A DNA stretch of 62,192 nt, taken from Vicinamibacteria bacterium. Lineage in GTDB: Bacteria; Acidobacteriota; Vicinamibacteria; Fen-336. The notes beneath the pieces were generated by a model that saw only the letters and a program-made list of their open reading frames with translations, was not told the origin of the DNA and made no database searches. Numbering within the stretch: position 1 is the stretch's first letter; the number at the start of each line of letters is the position of its first letter. The stretch lies in assembly GCA_035544515.1 (NCBI GenBank), contig DATKEG010000010.1, forward strand, positions 1-62,192, read 5' to 3'. Below are positions 1-12,094 of this stretch, in pieces. The translations under genes and the position numbers were made by a program.

Positions 1-94
1 GATGCCGCATCCCGAGCGGGCGGCCGAGCCGCTGCTGGGATCGGCCGACGGCCGCAGGGTGTTCGAGGCCCTGGTGCGGTCGCGGGCGCCCGCG

Positions 95-1507
95 TTAACG
101 GCCTAGCAGCCCCACGACCCGGGCGCCCCAGGGGCAGTAGCTGCCGTCGCAGACCTCGATCGCGACCTCCACCATGCGTACGCGCTCGGGATCGAAGTGC
201 CACGACCACGGCGCGTTGAAGGAGCCGTCGCCCGGCCGCAAGGGGCCGAGGGGAAACATCGCGTTCCGGCCGCGGAAGCTCTCCGTGGCGAGGCGGATCG
301 TCTCCGGGTCGGTGGCGCGGAGCACGAACGTCTCGCGGTCCACCGCCACCAGGAACTCGGCGAAGGGGCTTGCCGCGCGGTCGGAGCCGCATCCCGCGAG
401 GAAGAACCCGCCGAGCGCGACGAGGCGCGCGGCCTCGAGCGGGGCGGCCCAGCGCTTGCGCTCGAACAGGCCGCCCAGCGCCACCAGGCTCACGGCGACG
501 AAGACCGCGCCCTTCCCGAGCCACGACGGGGGGATCTCCGCCTGGCGGAAGAGCAGCAGCGAGGCTCCGCCGAGCACGGCGGCGAACTGGAGGAAGCCAT
601 ACCAACCCAGCCAGCGCGGGATGGGCGTGTCCCACTTCCGATAGCTGGCCGCGTCCACCTCGGGTGCCGGCTGGAACCCGCCGAGGTCTTCCGGCTGCCA
701 GCCCGGTGGCTTCACGAAGAGCCGCACGCGGTCGGAGAGCCGGCGCGTTCTCTTCGCCATGTCCCACAGCTCCACCCAGTAGTGCAGGTTGGCCCATACC
801 GGGTTCCAGCTTCGGAGTGGGCTGGTGATGCCGTAGACCGGCTCCTCTTCCTCCCGCTGGTACGTGCCGAAGAGCCGATCCCACACGATGAGCGTCCCCC
901 CGTGGTTCCGGTCGATGTATCTGGGGTTCCGGCCGTGGTGGACACGGTGGTTCGAGGGCGTGTTGAGCACCCACTCGAGCGGACCCAGGCGGCCGATGGT
1001 CCGGGTGTGGATCCAGAACTGGTAGAGCGTGTTGAACGACGACACGGCCAGGAACATCAGCGGCGGAAAGCCCAGGAGGGCCAGGGGCAAATAGAAGAAC
1101 CAGGAGATCCAGCCCTGGAAGGCGCCCTGCCGCAGGGCCACCGCGAGGTTGTAGTCCTCGCTCTGGTGGTGCACGACGTGGGCGGCCCAGAACGCGTTGA
1201 CCTCGTGGCTCAGCCGGTGGAACCAGTAGTAGAGGAAGTCCACGCCCAGGAAGCAGAGCGCCCAGGCGGCCAGGGACGCGCTCGACACGTCGAGGACCCG
1301 ATGGCGCTCGTAGAGGAACAGGTAGCCCGCGAACAGCCCGGTCTTGACGAAGACCTCCAGAAGCTGCTGCAGGATCCCGCAGGAGAGGTCGTTGAGCGAG
1401 TCGCTCAGCCGGTAGTAGTCCTTCTCCAGGATCCGGGTGATGACCAGCTCGAGGGCGATCAGGACGAAGAAGACGGGGATGGCCAGTACGATGTAGTTCA
1501 CCGGCAT
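95..1507 (-). CDS. Fatty acid hydroxylase / sterol desaturase-family membrane protein with extra C-terminal TM helices and a ~95-aa Cys-containing soluble tail domain
   Basis: 470-aa ORF. Histidine boxes typical of the FA_hydroxylase superfamily are present (HRLSHE, HVVHHQSEDYN, HRVHHGRNPRYIDRNHGG). The N-terminus is hydrophobic. After about residue 300 there are further hydrophobic segments, a lipobox-like FFLAGCGS and a tail ending EVCDGSYCPWG. Confidence 0.8.
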   Translation of the reverse strand: MPVNYIVLAIPVFFVLIALELVITRILEKDYYRLSDSLNDLSCGILQQLLEVFVKTGLFAGYLFLYERHRVLDVSSASLAAWALCFLGVDFLYYWFHRLSHEVNAFWAAHVVHHQSEDYNLAVALRQGAFQGWISWFFYLPLALLGFPPLMFLAVSSFNTLYQFWIHTRTIGRLGPLEWVLNTPSNHRVHHGRNPRYIDRNHGGTLIVWDRLFGTYQREEEEPVYGITSPLRSWNPVWANLHYWVELWDMAKRTRRLSDRVRLFVKPPGWQPEDLGGFQPAPEVDAASYRKWDTPIPRWLGWYGFLQFAAVLGGASLLLFRQAEIPPSWLGKGAVFVAVSLVALGGLFERKRWAAPLEAARLVALGGFFLAGCGSDRAASPFAEFLVAVDRETFVLRATDPETIRLATESFRGRNAMFPLGPLRPGDGSFNAPWSWHFDPERVRMVEVAIEVCDGSYCPWGARVVGLLGR

Positions 1508-1614
1508 GACCGCCGCGCATTGTAACGAGAGGAGCCGAGGTGGGTAAACCGACGCGACCTACGCGGCGAAGGGGACGATCCGCCTGCTGGAAAGCGCCGT
1601 GGCGTGAGAGCGCG

Positions 1615-1929
1615 CTAGTTCAACTGCGGGGAGACGGTCTCGCGCCGGTCGGGGCCCCGCCGCCGGTTCTCGCCCGGCGCCCCGTCCGCGGCACGCCGGC
1701 GCTCGTTGAGCCGCCGGTCGAGGACCACCGGGATGCCGGTGTCGCCGAGCAGCTTCTCCAGCGCGGGTACGAGGTCGGCGTAGCGCACGGGCACCACCAG
1801 CGTGGGCACCCGGCCGCCCCGCGTCCTGGCCACCGTCTGGCAGCCGACGCACATGCCGTGGCTGATGAGCAGGCGGTCGGTGGGGTCCGCTTTGATGAAG
1901 CGCTTGCACCAGGCGCAGACGGTGATCAT
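1615..1929 (-). CDS. Hypothetical small protein with an N-terminal CxxC...CxxC zinc-ribbon-like motif and an Arg-rich tail
   Basis: 104-aa ORF: [11 protein letters not shown]...HGMCVGCQ followed by an RR/DRR-rich C-terminus. It occupies the gap between the hydroxylase gene and purL. No family recognised. Confidence 0.45.
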   Translation of the reverse strand: MITVCAWCKRFIKADPTDRLLISHGMCVGCQTVARTRGGRVPTLVVPVRYADLVPALEKLLGDTGIPVVLDRRLNERRRAADGAPGENRRRGPDRRETVSPQLN

Positions 1930-2024
1930 GGCGAGATGGGCCTAGCATACCGGAATACGGCGGAAGCACCAGGGGCGGCGCCCTCCGCCCCTCCGCCCCT
2001 CCTCCACTACAATGCTCGAGCTCC

Positions 2025-4241
<2,217 letters not shown>

Positions 4242-4311
4242 CGTCGGGTGCTTGGTCGACGCCGCGCGTTCGGATAACATCCGGAGGATCAGCGATGTCA
4301 GGTCCCCTCCC

Positions 4312-5751
4312 ATGACCCGGCGCGTCGCCCTCGAGGAGGACCGTTTCCGCGACCGGTGCGGTCTTTTCGGCATCTTCGGCCATCCGGAGGCGGCTCGCCT
4401 CGCCTACCTGGGCCTCTACGCCCTGCAGCATCGCGGGCAGGAATCGGCCGGAATCGTGGCCGCGGAGGGCGACCGGCTTCGCTTGGAGAAGGGCATGGGG
4501 CTCGTCAACGACGTGTTCGACGAGCGGAAGATCGAGTCGCTTCCCGGCGACCGTGCCATGGGCCACGTGCGCTACTCCACCGCGGGGGACACGGTGGGTG
4601 CCAACGCCCAGCCCATCCTCATCGACTGTCACCGCGGGCCCATCGCGCTCGGCCACAACGGCAACCTGGTGAACGCGGCCAAGCTGCGCACCGACCTGGA
4701 AGCGGCCGGCTCCATCTTCCAGTCCACCTCGGACACGGAGGTGATCCTCCACCTCTACGCGCGCAGCCACCGCGAGAAGCTCGAGGACGCCATCGCGGCC
4801 AGCCTGTCCAAGGTGATGGGCGCGTTCTCGCTGCTCTTCCTCACGCCCGAGGCGCTGGTGGCGGCGCGCGACCCCTGGGGCTTCCGCCCGCTGGCCATCG
4901 GCAGGCTCGAAGGCGCCTGGATCGTCACGTCCGAGACCTGCGCCCTCGATCTCATCGACGCGGAATACGTGCGCGACGTGGAGCCCGGTGAGCTGGTCGT
5001 GATCGACGGCGACGGCCTGCGCTCGTTCCGGCCGTTCCCACCCGAGCCCGTCCGCCAGTGCGTGTTCGAGCACGTCTACTTCGCGCGTCCCGACAGCCTG
5101 GTGTTCGGCCGCAACGTGCTCTCCTCGCGCCTGCTGCTGGGCCGGCAGCTCGCGCGGGAGGCCCCCGCCGACGCGGACATCGTGGTGCCCGTGCCGGACA
5201 GCGGGATGGGCGCGGCCCTGGGTTACTCGCAGGAGAGCGGCCTGCCCTTCCAGTGGGGCCTCATTCGCAACCACTACGTGGGCCGCACGTTCATCGAGCC
5301 GCGGCAGGCCATCCGGTCGTTCGGAGTCAAGGTCAAGCTCAATGCCGTGCGCAGCGTGCTGGAGGGCCGCCGGGTGGTGCTGATAGACGACTCCATCGTG
5401 CGCGGCACGACCTCGGGCAAGATCGCGAGCATGGTGCGCGAGGCCGGCGCGCGCGAGATCCACTTCCGCGTGAGCAGCCCCCCCACCACCGGGCCCTGCT
5501 ACTACGGCATCGACACCCCCACCCGGGCCGAGCTGATCGCGGCCACGCACGGCCTCGACGAGATCCGGCGGCACATCGGCGCGGACAGCCTCGCCTACCT
5601 TTCGCAGGAGGGGCTGCTGGCCGCCGTGGGGGACGCCGAGGGCAATCGCTTCTGCACGGCCTGCTTCAGCGGCCGGTATCCGGTGGCGGTGGCCAACGGC
5701 GAGAAGTGGCAGCTCGACCTGTTCGCCGAGAAGAGCGGTGTCAAGGCCTGA
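4312..5751 (+). CDS. purF: Amidophosphoribosyltransferase
   Basis: The CGLFGIFGH Ntn-amidotransferase catalytic Cys follows a short propeptide. A PRTase motif (VVLIDDSIVRGTTS) and a C-terminal Cys cluster (CTACFSGRYP) are present. I chose ATG 4312 rather than the TTG at 4252 given in the track. Confidence 0.92.
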   Translation: MTRRVALEEDRFRDRCGLFGIFGHPEAARLAYLGLYALQHRGQESAGIVAAEGDRLRLEKGMGLVNDVFDERKIESLPGDRAMGHVRYSTAGDTVGANAQPILIDCHRGPIALGHNGNLVNAAKLRTDLEAAGSIFQSTSDTEVILHLYARSHREKLEDAIAASLSKVMGAFSLLFLTPEALVAARDPWGFRPLAIGRLEGAWIVTSETCALDLIDAEYVRDVEPGELVVIDGDGLRSFRPFPPEPVRQCVFEHVYFARPDSLVFGRNVLSSRLLLGRQLAREAPADADIVVPVPDSGMGAALGYSQESGLPFQWGLIRNHYVGRTFIEPRQAIRSFGVKVKLNAVRSVLEGRRVVLIDDSIVRGTTSGKIASMVREAGAREIHFRVSSPPTTGPCYYGIDTPTRAELIAATHGLDEIRRHIGADSLAYLSQEGLLAAVGDAEGNRFCTACFSGRYPVAVANGEKWQLDLFAEKSGVKA

Positions 5752-6616
5752 CACCCTGCCGCGGCTGCTGGCGGTGGGCCACGTGACCTGGGACAAGCGC
5801 CCGGAGGGCGACGTGGCCGGCGGCTCGGTCACCTACGCCACGGCCACGGCCCGCAAGCTGGGGTGGGAGGCCGCGGCCCTCACCACGTGCGGACCGGAGT
5901 TCGACGAGAAGGACATGCTGCCGGGCGTGCCCGTCTTCCTCCAGCGCAGCCCGGCCACCACGCGGTTCGTCAACGAGTACGGTCCCGACGGCGTGCGCCA
6001 CCAGGTGCTGCTCGCGCGCGCCGGCCAGGTCCACGTGGGGCCGCTGCCCGACGAGTGGCGCCGGCCCGACGTGCTGCTCCTGGCGCCACTGGCCGGCGAG
6101 ATCGAGGGGGCGCTGGCGCCCTCGTTCGAGGCGGAGGCGGTGGGCGCCGTGGCCCAGGGCTGGGTGCGCGACTTCGCCTCCGACGGCACGGTCTCGCCGC
6201 GTGAGTGGCGCGATCCGGGCGCGGCGCTCGCCGGCGTGCACGCGCTCTTCGTCTCCCAGCACGACCTGCCTCCGGGCGGGCCGCAGCCGCGCGACTTCCT
6301 GACCTGGGTACCCATGGTGGCGGTCACCCGGGGCTGGCGCGGCGCGATACTCCACACGCGCGAAGCCACCCACGACGTGCCGGGGCTGCCCCGGCCCGAG
6401 GTGGACCCGACGGGCGCGGGCGACGTGTTCGCCGCCGCGTTCCTCGTGCGCTACCACGAGACCGGCGACCCGCTCGAGGCGGCGGCCTTCGCCAACTGCG
6501 CGGCATCGTGCGCGGTGGAGGGCGTCGGCGCCTCCAGCCTGGGCGACCGGGTCGAGGTGGAGCGGCGGATGGAGGAGCGCACCAAGCGCGTGGAGGACGC
6601 GGAATGGGACGAATGA
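5738..6616 (+). CDS. PfkB-family carbohydrate/nucleoside kinase
   Basis: 292-aa ORF with the PfkB C-terminal signature DPTGAGDVFAAAFL. It overlaps the purF stop and the start of the next gene. Confidence 0.78.
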   Translation: MSRPDTLPRLLAVGHVTWDKRPEGDVAGGSVTYATATARKLGWEAAALTTCGPEFDEKDMLPGVPVFLQRSPATTRFVNEYGPDGVRHQVLLARAGQVHVGPLPDEWRRPDVLLLAPLAGEIEGALAPSFEAEAVGAVAQGWVRDFASDGTVSPREWRDPGAALAGVHALFVSQHDLPPGGPQPRDFLTWVPMVAVTRGWRGAILHTREATHDVPGLPRPEVDPTGAGDVFAAAFLVRYHETGDPLEAAAFANCAASCAVEGVGASSLGDRVEVERRMEERTKRVEDAEWDE

Positions 6617-7164
6617 ACGCCCTGCTGCTGTCGTTGCTGTCGCTCGCGGCCGCGCCGCCACCCGCGCCGGAGGCCGTGGTCGAGACCGCGCACGGCTCCT
6701 TCGTGATCCGCCTGCGAAAGGACCTGGCGCCGCTCCACGTCGCGCACTTCGTGAAGACGGCCAAGGCCGGCGGCTACGACGGCACGACGTTCCACCGGAT
6801 CATCCCCGGCGGGATCGTGCAGGGCGGCGACCCGATCTCGAAGGACGAAGCGCGCACCGCCGAATACGGCCGCGGTGGCCTCGGGCGGCTCGCGGCCGAG
6901 TTTTCGGAGCTTCCCTTCACGCGCGGGGTGGTGGCGGCGGCGCGCCGGCCGTCCAGTGTCGACAGCGGCGGCAGCCAGTTCTTCATCGTGCTCACGGACC
7001 AGCCGGCGCTCAGGGGCCAGTACACGATCTTCGGCGAGGTCTCGGAGGGCCTGGACGTGGTGGACGCCATCGGCCGCACGCCCGTCCTGGGCGACAAGCC
7101 CGCGGCGCGGGTCGAGATGCGCAAGGTGAGCGTCCGTGAGGCGCTCACGCCGGCCGTGCCCTGA
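6604..7164 (+). CDS. Secreted peptidyl-prolyl cis-trans isomerase (cyclophilin type)
   Basis: Signal-like N-terminus (MNALLLSLLSLAAAPPP). Cyclophilin motifs are present (FHRIIPGGIVQGGDP, GSQFFIVL, IFGEV). The start is ATG 6604 or 6613, inside a longer alternative-start ORF listed in the track. Confidence 0.9.
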   Translation: MGRMNALLLSLLSLAAAPPPAPEAVVETAHGSFVIRLRKDLAPLHVAHFVKTAKAGGYDGTTFHRIIPGGIVQGGDPISKDEARTAEYGRGGLGRLAAEFSELPFTRGVVAAARRPSSVDSGGSQFFIVLTDQPALRGQYTIFGEVSEGLDVVDAIGRTPVLGDKPAARVEMRKVSVREALTPAVP

Positions 7165-7170
7165 CGCCCT

Positions 7171-8004
7171 TCAGCGCGACCAGCCGACGGAGACGATGAG
7201 CGGATAGTCGAGCTGCGCGCCGCGGGCGTGGGTGACCAGGGGCACGCTCAGCGCCAGGCGCAGGCCGCCCATGCCCGAGAGTCCGCGCACGACGGCCAGG
7301 GTCAGCAGCAGGTCGGTGCGGCCCAGGTTGCCTTCCTCCTCGTCGAGCCGGCCGTCCCAGCGTTCGGGCTGCTCGCGCTGCAGCTCCAGGGCGAGGCTCG
7401 CGCTCCAGGCGCGCGAGACCGGCCGATCCGCCAGGGCGCCGAGCAGGTAGCGGTGGCCGGCCTGGTACCCGTGCCCGTTCTCGTAGAGCGCGAGGCGGGC
7501 GAGGCCGCTGATCGTGACGCCCCAGGCCCCCAGCCGGCGGCCGGTCATCAGGCCGAGGAGCGGATCGAACGTGCCCGTCCCGAGCTGGATGTGCTGGTGG
7601 GACTCCCCGCGGCGCCCGAGCTCGACCGGGGTCGGCCCGGTGGAGCCCAGGGGGACGGTGACGCCCAGGCGCGCGGCCGTGGTCCAGGCCGCGCCCGGCC
7701 GTGCCGCATGCAGCATCAGCCAGGGGTCGCCCGCGCCGGCCACCGTCTCGTTGCGGTGGTGCAGGTCCGGGTCCAGGGGAGAGAAGGGCCGGCGGTCCTC
7801 GTCCTCGTAATCCACGCGCGTGGTCGCGGTGCGGATGGGGGTGACGAGCTCCAGTCCGAGGTTGCGGGCGAGGCCCACCGAGGTCGAGACCGTGGTCTCG
7901 GACAAGGTCACGTCCAGGACGTGCCAGTAGTCCCGCGCCGCCTCCACCGCCGTGTGCTCGGTATGCACGCGCGTGCCGGTTCCGGTGAGGGAGAACCGCC
8001 ACAC
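7171..8004 (-). CDS. Outer-membrane beta-barrel-like protein, possibly disrupted (a signal peptide is encoded upstream at 8071..8136, in frame but behind two TGA codons)
   Basis: 277-aa ORF with an alternating hydrophobic/polar pattern that is rich in G, T, L and R. It has no signal peptide of its own. See the finding on 7171..8136. Confidence 0.5.
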   Translation of the reverse strand: MWRFSLTGTGTRVHTEHTAVEAARDYWHVLDVTLSETTVSTSVGLARNLGLELVTPIRTATTRVDYEDEDRRPFSPLDPDLHHRNETVAGAGDPWLMLHAARPGAAWTTAARLGVTVPLGSTGPTPVELGRRGESHQHIQLGTGTFDPLLGLMTGRRLGAWGVTISGLARLALYENGHGYQAGHRYLLGALADRPVSRAWSASLALELQREQPERWDGRLDEEEGNLGRTDLLLTLAVVRGLSGMGGLRLALSVPLVTHARGAQLDYPLIVSVGWSR

Positions 8005-8132
8005 CCCCGGAGGCGGGGGAAGGAGGGCCGACCCGCCGACCGGCAGGTTGGGGTTGGTTCAGCCGGCTCAGCCGCCCGCGGCCCAGGTGGCGGAGGCGGC
8101 GAACCAGAGGAGCGCGGTGAGCGCGAAGCGCC

Positions 8133-8786
8133 TCACGGCGCGTCGAGAGCGCGGTCGAGCTTCTCGAAGTCGATGCCCTGGATGTCGGTTCGCTTGCCGG
8201 ACGGCGAGAACACGATGACGTAGGGCAGCGCTTCGAAGCGCGAGCCCAGCTCGCGCGCCAGCGGCGTGTCGAAGTCCACCACGTTGAGCTTGCGCACGGC
8301 CACGTCGGCGCGGTCCGCGACGATCTGCCGCAGGCGCTCGTCCACCTGCCGGCAGGGTCCGCACCAGTCCGCGTACACGTCGAAGACGGTGTACCTGGCG
8401 GGCACGCGGAGACGGTCGAGCGGGCCCACCGCCGCGCCGTCGCGCACGAGCGTGGCCACGTCCGCGCCCGCGGGATATGCGACCGGGGGGAGGTAGGACC
8501 CCTGGCCGGGTCCCGGCACCGCCGTCATGCCGGCCCGCTCCACCGCGGCGATGACGGCCCCGTCGGGGACCTCGTCCGCCAGCTTCACCGTCAGCTCGAC
8601 CTTGTGGATGTCGAACTCCGCCTTCTTGACGCCCTTGACCTTCTTCAGCTCGTCCTTGATCTCGTCGCCGCACTGCCCGCAGTCCGCGCCCTGGATCGAG
8701 AAGACCTGCGTCCTCTCCGCGCGGGCGCCGGCGGCGAGGCCCAGCACGAGGGCGGGCAGGAGGAAGGGGAGTGCGGGCGGTGTCAT
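8133..8786 (-). CDS. Secreted fusion protein: heavy-metal-associated (HMA)-like domain + thioredoxin domain
   Basis: Signal peptide MTPPALPFLLPALVLGLAAGARA. The HMA-like beta-alpha-beta-beta-alpha-beta region has GADCGQCG in place of GMTCxxC. The C-terminal thioredoxin fold has the WCGPC active site. Confidence 0.8.
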   Translation of the reverse strand: MTPPALPFLLPALVLGLAAGARAERTQVFSIQGADCGQCGDEIKDELKKVKGVKKAEFDIHKVELTVKLADEVPDGAVIAAVERAGMTAVPGPGQGSYLPPVAYPAGADVATLVRDGAAVGPLDRLRVPARYTVFDVYADWCGPCRQVDERLRQIVADRADVAVRKLNVVDFDTPLARELGSRFEALPYVIVFSPSGKRTDIQGIDFEKLDRALDAP

Positions 8787-8805
8787 CGGTCCAGTGTAGC
8801 CGAGC

Positions 8806-11388
8806 CTACTCCGCCCGGAGCACGGCCAGGGGCGGCTTGCGCAGGACCTCGCGGCTGTTCAGGAGCCCGACCACCACGGTCAGGGCGAGCACGGCCAGGC
8901 TCAGGAGGCCCAGGCCGGTGCCGGGCCAGGTGAACCGCGCGTCGAAGAGGAAGCGGACGAGCGCCCACCCGGCCAGGGAGGAAAGCGCCAGCGCCGTGAG
9001 CACCGAGAGGGCGCCCAGGCTCAGGTACTCGGCGAGCAGGATGCGGAGGAGCTGTCCCCTGGTCGCTCCCAGCGTCTTCAGCAGCGCGGCCTCGCGCATG
9101 CGCTGGTACCGTCCGGCGGCCACGGCACCCATCAGCACCACGGCGCCCGCGGCCAGGCTGAACAGGGCCATGAAGCGGATGGCCACGGAGACGCGGCCCA
9201 GCACCCGCTCGATCGCCTGCTGCACCTGCGAGAGATCGACGGCCGTCACGTTCGGGAACCGCTCGATGGCCGTCCGCTGGAACCGCCCGCGGACGCCCGC
9301 GTCGTCGATCCGGCTGAGCACCACGAAGCTCTGCGGAGCCTCCGCCAGCGGCCCCTCCGGGAAGACGACGAAGAAGTTGGGCTCGAAGCGCGCCCACTCC
9401 ACCTCGCGCAGGTGGACGACGCGCGTGCGCAGCTCCCGGCCCTGGACGTCCCACACGATCTCGTCGCCCACGCCCACGCGGAGGTCCTCGGCCAGGCCGG
9501 CTTCGAGCGAGACCGGCACCGGCTCGTGGTCGCCGTTGGTGCCGGAGCGCCAGGAGCCGGCCGCCCAGGCCGCTCCTCCCACCGTCCGTTCCCCACCCTT
9601 GAAGTCGTCGCGGTACGTACTCCGGTACTCGCGGCGCAGCGCCCAGCGCTCGGGTGGCGGCTGGCCCGCGGACGACGTGCGCGTGGCCAGGAGGGGCGCG
9701 ACGGCCCGGCCCTTCACCGCCGCGATCCGCATGGGCACGATGGGGGCGGCCGCCATCACCGGGTGGCGGCCCGCGCGCAACGCCTCTTCGAGCGGCGCGC
9801 GCTGGTCGGGCTGGATGTCGAAGAGCACCAGGTTCGGCCGGTCCGCGACCGTGTCCACGCGGAGGTCGCGCAGCAGGTTGCCCTGCAGCACGAGGACGGT
9901 GTCGAGCAGGAAGGCGCCGAAGCCCAGCGCCAGCACGACCGCCACGGTCTGGTTCGCCGGACGGTACAGGTTGGCCAGCCCTTGCCGCCAGACGTATGGC
10001 CACGCGTAGGGGAAGAAGCGCCGTACGGCGCGCGTCAGGGCCAGGGCCGCGAGGCCGAACAGGGCCAGGGCCGCTCCGATGCCGCCCGCGAACACGAGGC
10101 CGGTCGCCGTGTCGGGCGCCTGGAGCACCGAAAGCAGGACCACCGACGCGCCCAGGCCCGCCGACACCACGAGCCGCAGCGGATCCCGGCCCGGCCGCCG
10201 CTCCTCCTCGTAGGCGCGGCGCAACAACACGAGCGGCGACACGCGGCGGACGGCGAGCAGGGGCAGGAGCGCGAACAGGACGGCCACCCACAGCCCCATC
10301 CCGAGGCCGGCCAGGACCGAGGGCCACGACACCGAGAAGCGGACGTCCACGGGCAGGAAGTCCGCGAGCAGGCGGGGGACGAGCACCTGCAGGAGCACGC
10401 CGGCGCCGACGCCGAGCAGGCTTCCGCCCAGGCCCATGGCGGCGGCCTGCAGGAGGTACACGGCGAGCAGGCGGCTCGAGGACGCGCCCAGGCAGCGCAG
10501 GACGGCGACGGTGTCGAGCTTGCGCTTGATCAGCACGTGCACGGCGCTGGCCACGCCCAGCCCGCCGAGCAGCAGCGCGACGAGCGCGAGCAGGCCGAGG
10601 TAGCGGCTGAGGCGGCCCAGCGATTCGCCCATGGATTCGCGGTCGTCGGCCACGGTGCGCAGGCGCACCCGCTCGCCCGAGAGCTGGCCGCGGTAGCGGT
10701 TCGCCAGCGCTTCCGGACGGCCTTCGGGCGGAACCTGGAGGTACGCCTCGTGACGGGCCCGCGCGCCGAACTCCAGCAGGCCGGCGGCCCCCAGGTCGGA
10801 GAGCGCCATGAAGACGCGCGGACCCATCGCGGAGCGCAGGCCGACGTCGCCGGGGAAGTCGAGCACCGTACCGCGGATGAGGAGGCGCGCCTCGCCCAGC
10901 GCGAGCGCATCCCCGACGCGCGCGTCGAGGGCGGTGAGCAGCGAGGGATCGACCAGCACGCCTCCGCCCCGGGGCAGCGCGCCCCACGCGCCCGCGGGAT
11001 CGGTGGCGATCGTCCCGTAGAAGGGATAGCCCTCCTCCACCGCCGTCACCTGGACGAGGCGCGATCCCGCCGTGCGCGGCACGTACGCCATCCCCGAGAA
11101 GCGGGCCACCCGGGCCAGCCGCGTGCCGGGGCCGGCCCGCCCGCGCAGCTCGGAGAGCAGCGCCTCCGCGCGCGGCGAGAACGCGTTGCCGCTGCCGAGG
11201 ACGAGGTCGGCGCCGTGCACGGCCTGCGCCTGCTGCCGCACCGAGCGCTGGAGGTTCGCGCTGAACGAGTTGATCGAGACGAGCGCGGCCACGCCCGCGG
11301 ACACCGCGGCCATCAAGAGGGCCAGGCGCGGGAGCGACGAGCGGCTCTCCCGCCAGGCCATGGCCAGGACGAACCGGGCGGCGTTCAT
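8806..11388 (-). CDS. ABC transporter permease, FtsX/MacB-type duplicated (YbbP-like)
   Basis: 860-aa ORF with two FtsX-like 4-TM modules separated by large extracytoplasmic domains. Its ATGA start/stop overlap couples it to the upstream ATPase gene. Confidence 0.88.
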   Translation of the reverse strand: MNAARFVLAMAWRESRSSLPRLALLMAAVSAGVAALVSINSFSANLQRSVRQQAQAVHGADLVLGSGNAFSPRAEALLSELRGRAGPGTRLARVARFSGMAYVPRTAGSRLVQVTAVEEGYPFYGTIATDPAGAWGALPRGGGVLVDPSLLTALDARVGDALALGEARLLIRGTVLDFPGDVGLRSAMGPRVFMALSDLGAAGLLEFGARARHEAYLQVPPEGRPEALANRYRGQLSGERVRLRTVADDRESMGESLGRLSRYLGLLALVALLLGGLGVASAVHVLIKRKLDTVAVLRCLGASSSRLLAVYLLQAAAMGLGGSLLGVGAGVLLQVLVPRLLADFLPVDVRFSVSWPSVLAGLGMGLWVAVLFALLPLLAVRRVSPLVLLRRAYEEERRPGRDPLRLVVSAGLGASVVLLSVLQAPDTATGLVFAGGIGAALALFGLAALALTRAVRRFFPYAWPYVWRQGLANLYRPANQTVAVVLALGFGAFLLDTVLVLQGNLLRDLRVDTVADRPNLVLFDIQPDQRAPLEEALRAGRHPVMAAAPIVPMRIAAVKGRAVAPLLATRTSSAGQPPPERWALRREYRSTYRDDFKGGERTVGGAAWAAGSWRSGTNGDHEPVPVSLEAGLAEDLRVGVGDEIVWDVQGRELRTRVVHLREVEWARFEPNFFVVFPEGPLAEAPQSFVVLSRIDDAGVRGRFQRTAIERFPNVTAVDLSQVQQAIERVLGRVSVAIRFMALFSLAAGAVVLMGAVAAGRYQRMREAALLKTLGATRGQLLRILLAEYLSLGALSVLTALALSSLAGWALVRFLFDARFTWPGTGLGLLSLAVLALTVVVGLLNSREVLRKPPLAVLRAE

Positions 11389-12056
11389 GGGCCGGCGGAG
11401 TCCGCCACCACCGCGCCGTCGCGCAGCCGGATCACGCGCCGCGCGCGCGCGGCCAGCTCCGGGTCGTGCGTCACGAGCACCAGCGTCGTTCCCGTCTCCC
11501 GGTTGAGCTCCGCGAGCAGGTCGATGACCGTGGCCCCCGTGGAGGCGTCGAGGTTGCCCGTGGGCTCGTCCGCGAACAGGATCCGCGGCCGATGGCTGAA
11601 GGCGCGGGCCACGGCCACGCGTTGCTGCTCGCCGCCCGAGAGCTGCGCCGGGTAGTGGTGGCCGCGGTCGCCCAGGCCGACGCGTCCGAGCAGCTCCTCG
11701 GCCCGGCCGCGCGGGTCCTGCCCCCGCAGCTCGAGCGGGACCTGCACGTTCTCGCGCGCGGTCAAGGTGGGGATGAGATGGAACGACTGGAAGACGAAGC
11801 CGACCTTCTCCGCGCGGACCCTCGCCCGCGCGTCTTCGTTCAGGAGGCCGAGGTCCTCGCCGTCGAGCCAGACGCGGCCCTGGCGGGGACGGTCCAGGCC
11901 GGCGAGCAGGCCAAGCAGCGTGCTCTTTCCGCTGCCGGAAGGGCCCACGATGGCCAGGAACGCGCCGGGCTCCAGCGCGAACGTGATATCTCTAAGGACG
12001 GTGAGCTCGCGCCCGCCGGACCGGTAGCCCTGGGTCAGCGATTCGGCGCGCAGCAT
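11385..12056 (-). CDS. ABC transporter ATP-binding protein (YbbA/LolD-like)
   Basis: Walker [10 protein letters not shown], signature LSGGEQQR, Walker B ILFADEPT, and an H-loop at VTHD. Confidence 0.93.
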   Translation of the reverse strand: MLRAESLTQGYRSGGRELTVLRDITFALEPGAFLAIVGPSGSGKSTLLGLLAGLDRPRQGRVWLDGEDLGLLNEDARARVRAEKVGFVFQSFHLIPTLTARENVQVPLELRGQDPRGRAEELLGRVGLGDRGHHYPAQLSGGEQQRVAVARAFSHRPRILFADEPTGNLDASTGATVIDLLAELNRETGTTLVLVTHDPELAARARRVIRLRDGAVVADSAGP

Positions 12057-12094
12057 GGTTCATGACGGGGTACGCCCCGTGAGCGTGAAAAGTT

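Noticed and set aside
8059-8070. The two in-frame TGA codons as selenocysteine codons
   Set aside because: Two Sec residues three codons apart at the N-terminus of an outer-membrane barrel are implausible. The downstream hairpin (GCCGGC...GCCGGT with a 17-nt loop) does not resemble the bacterial SECIS apical loop. No sel genes are visible. The observation is kept as a pseudogene/readthrough finding instead.
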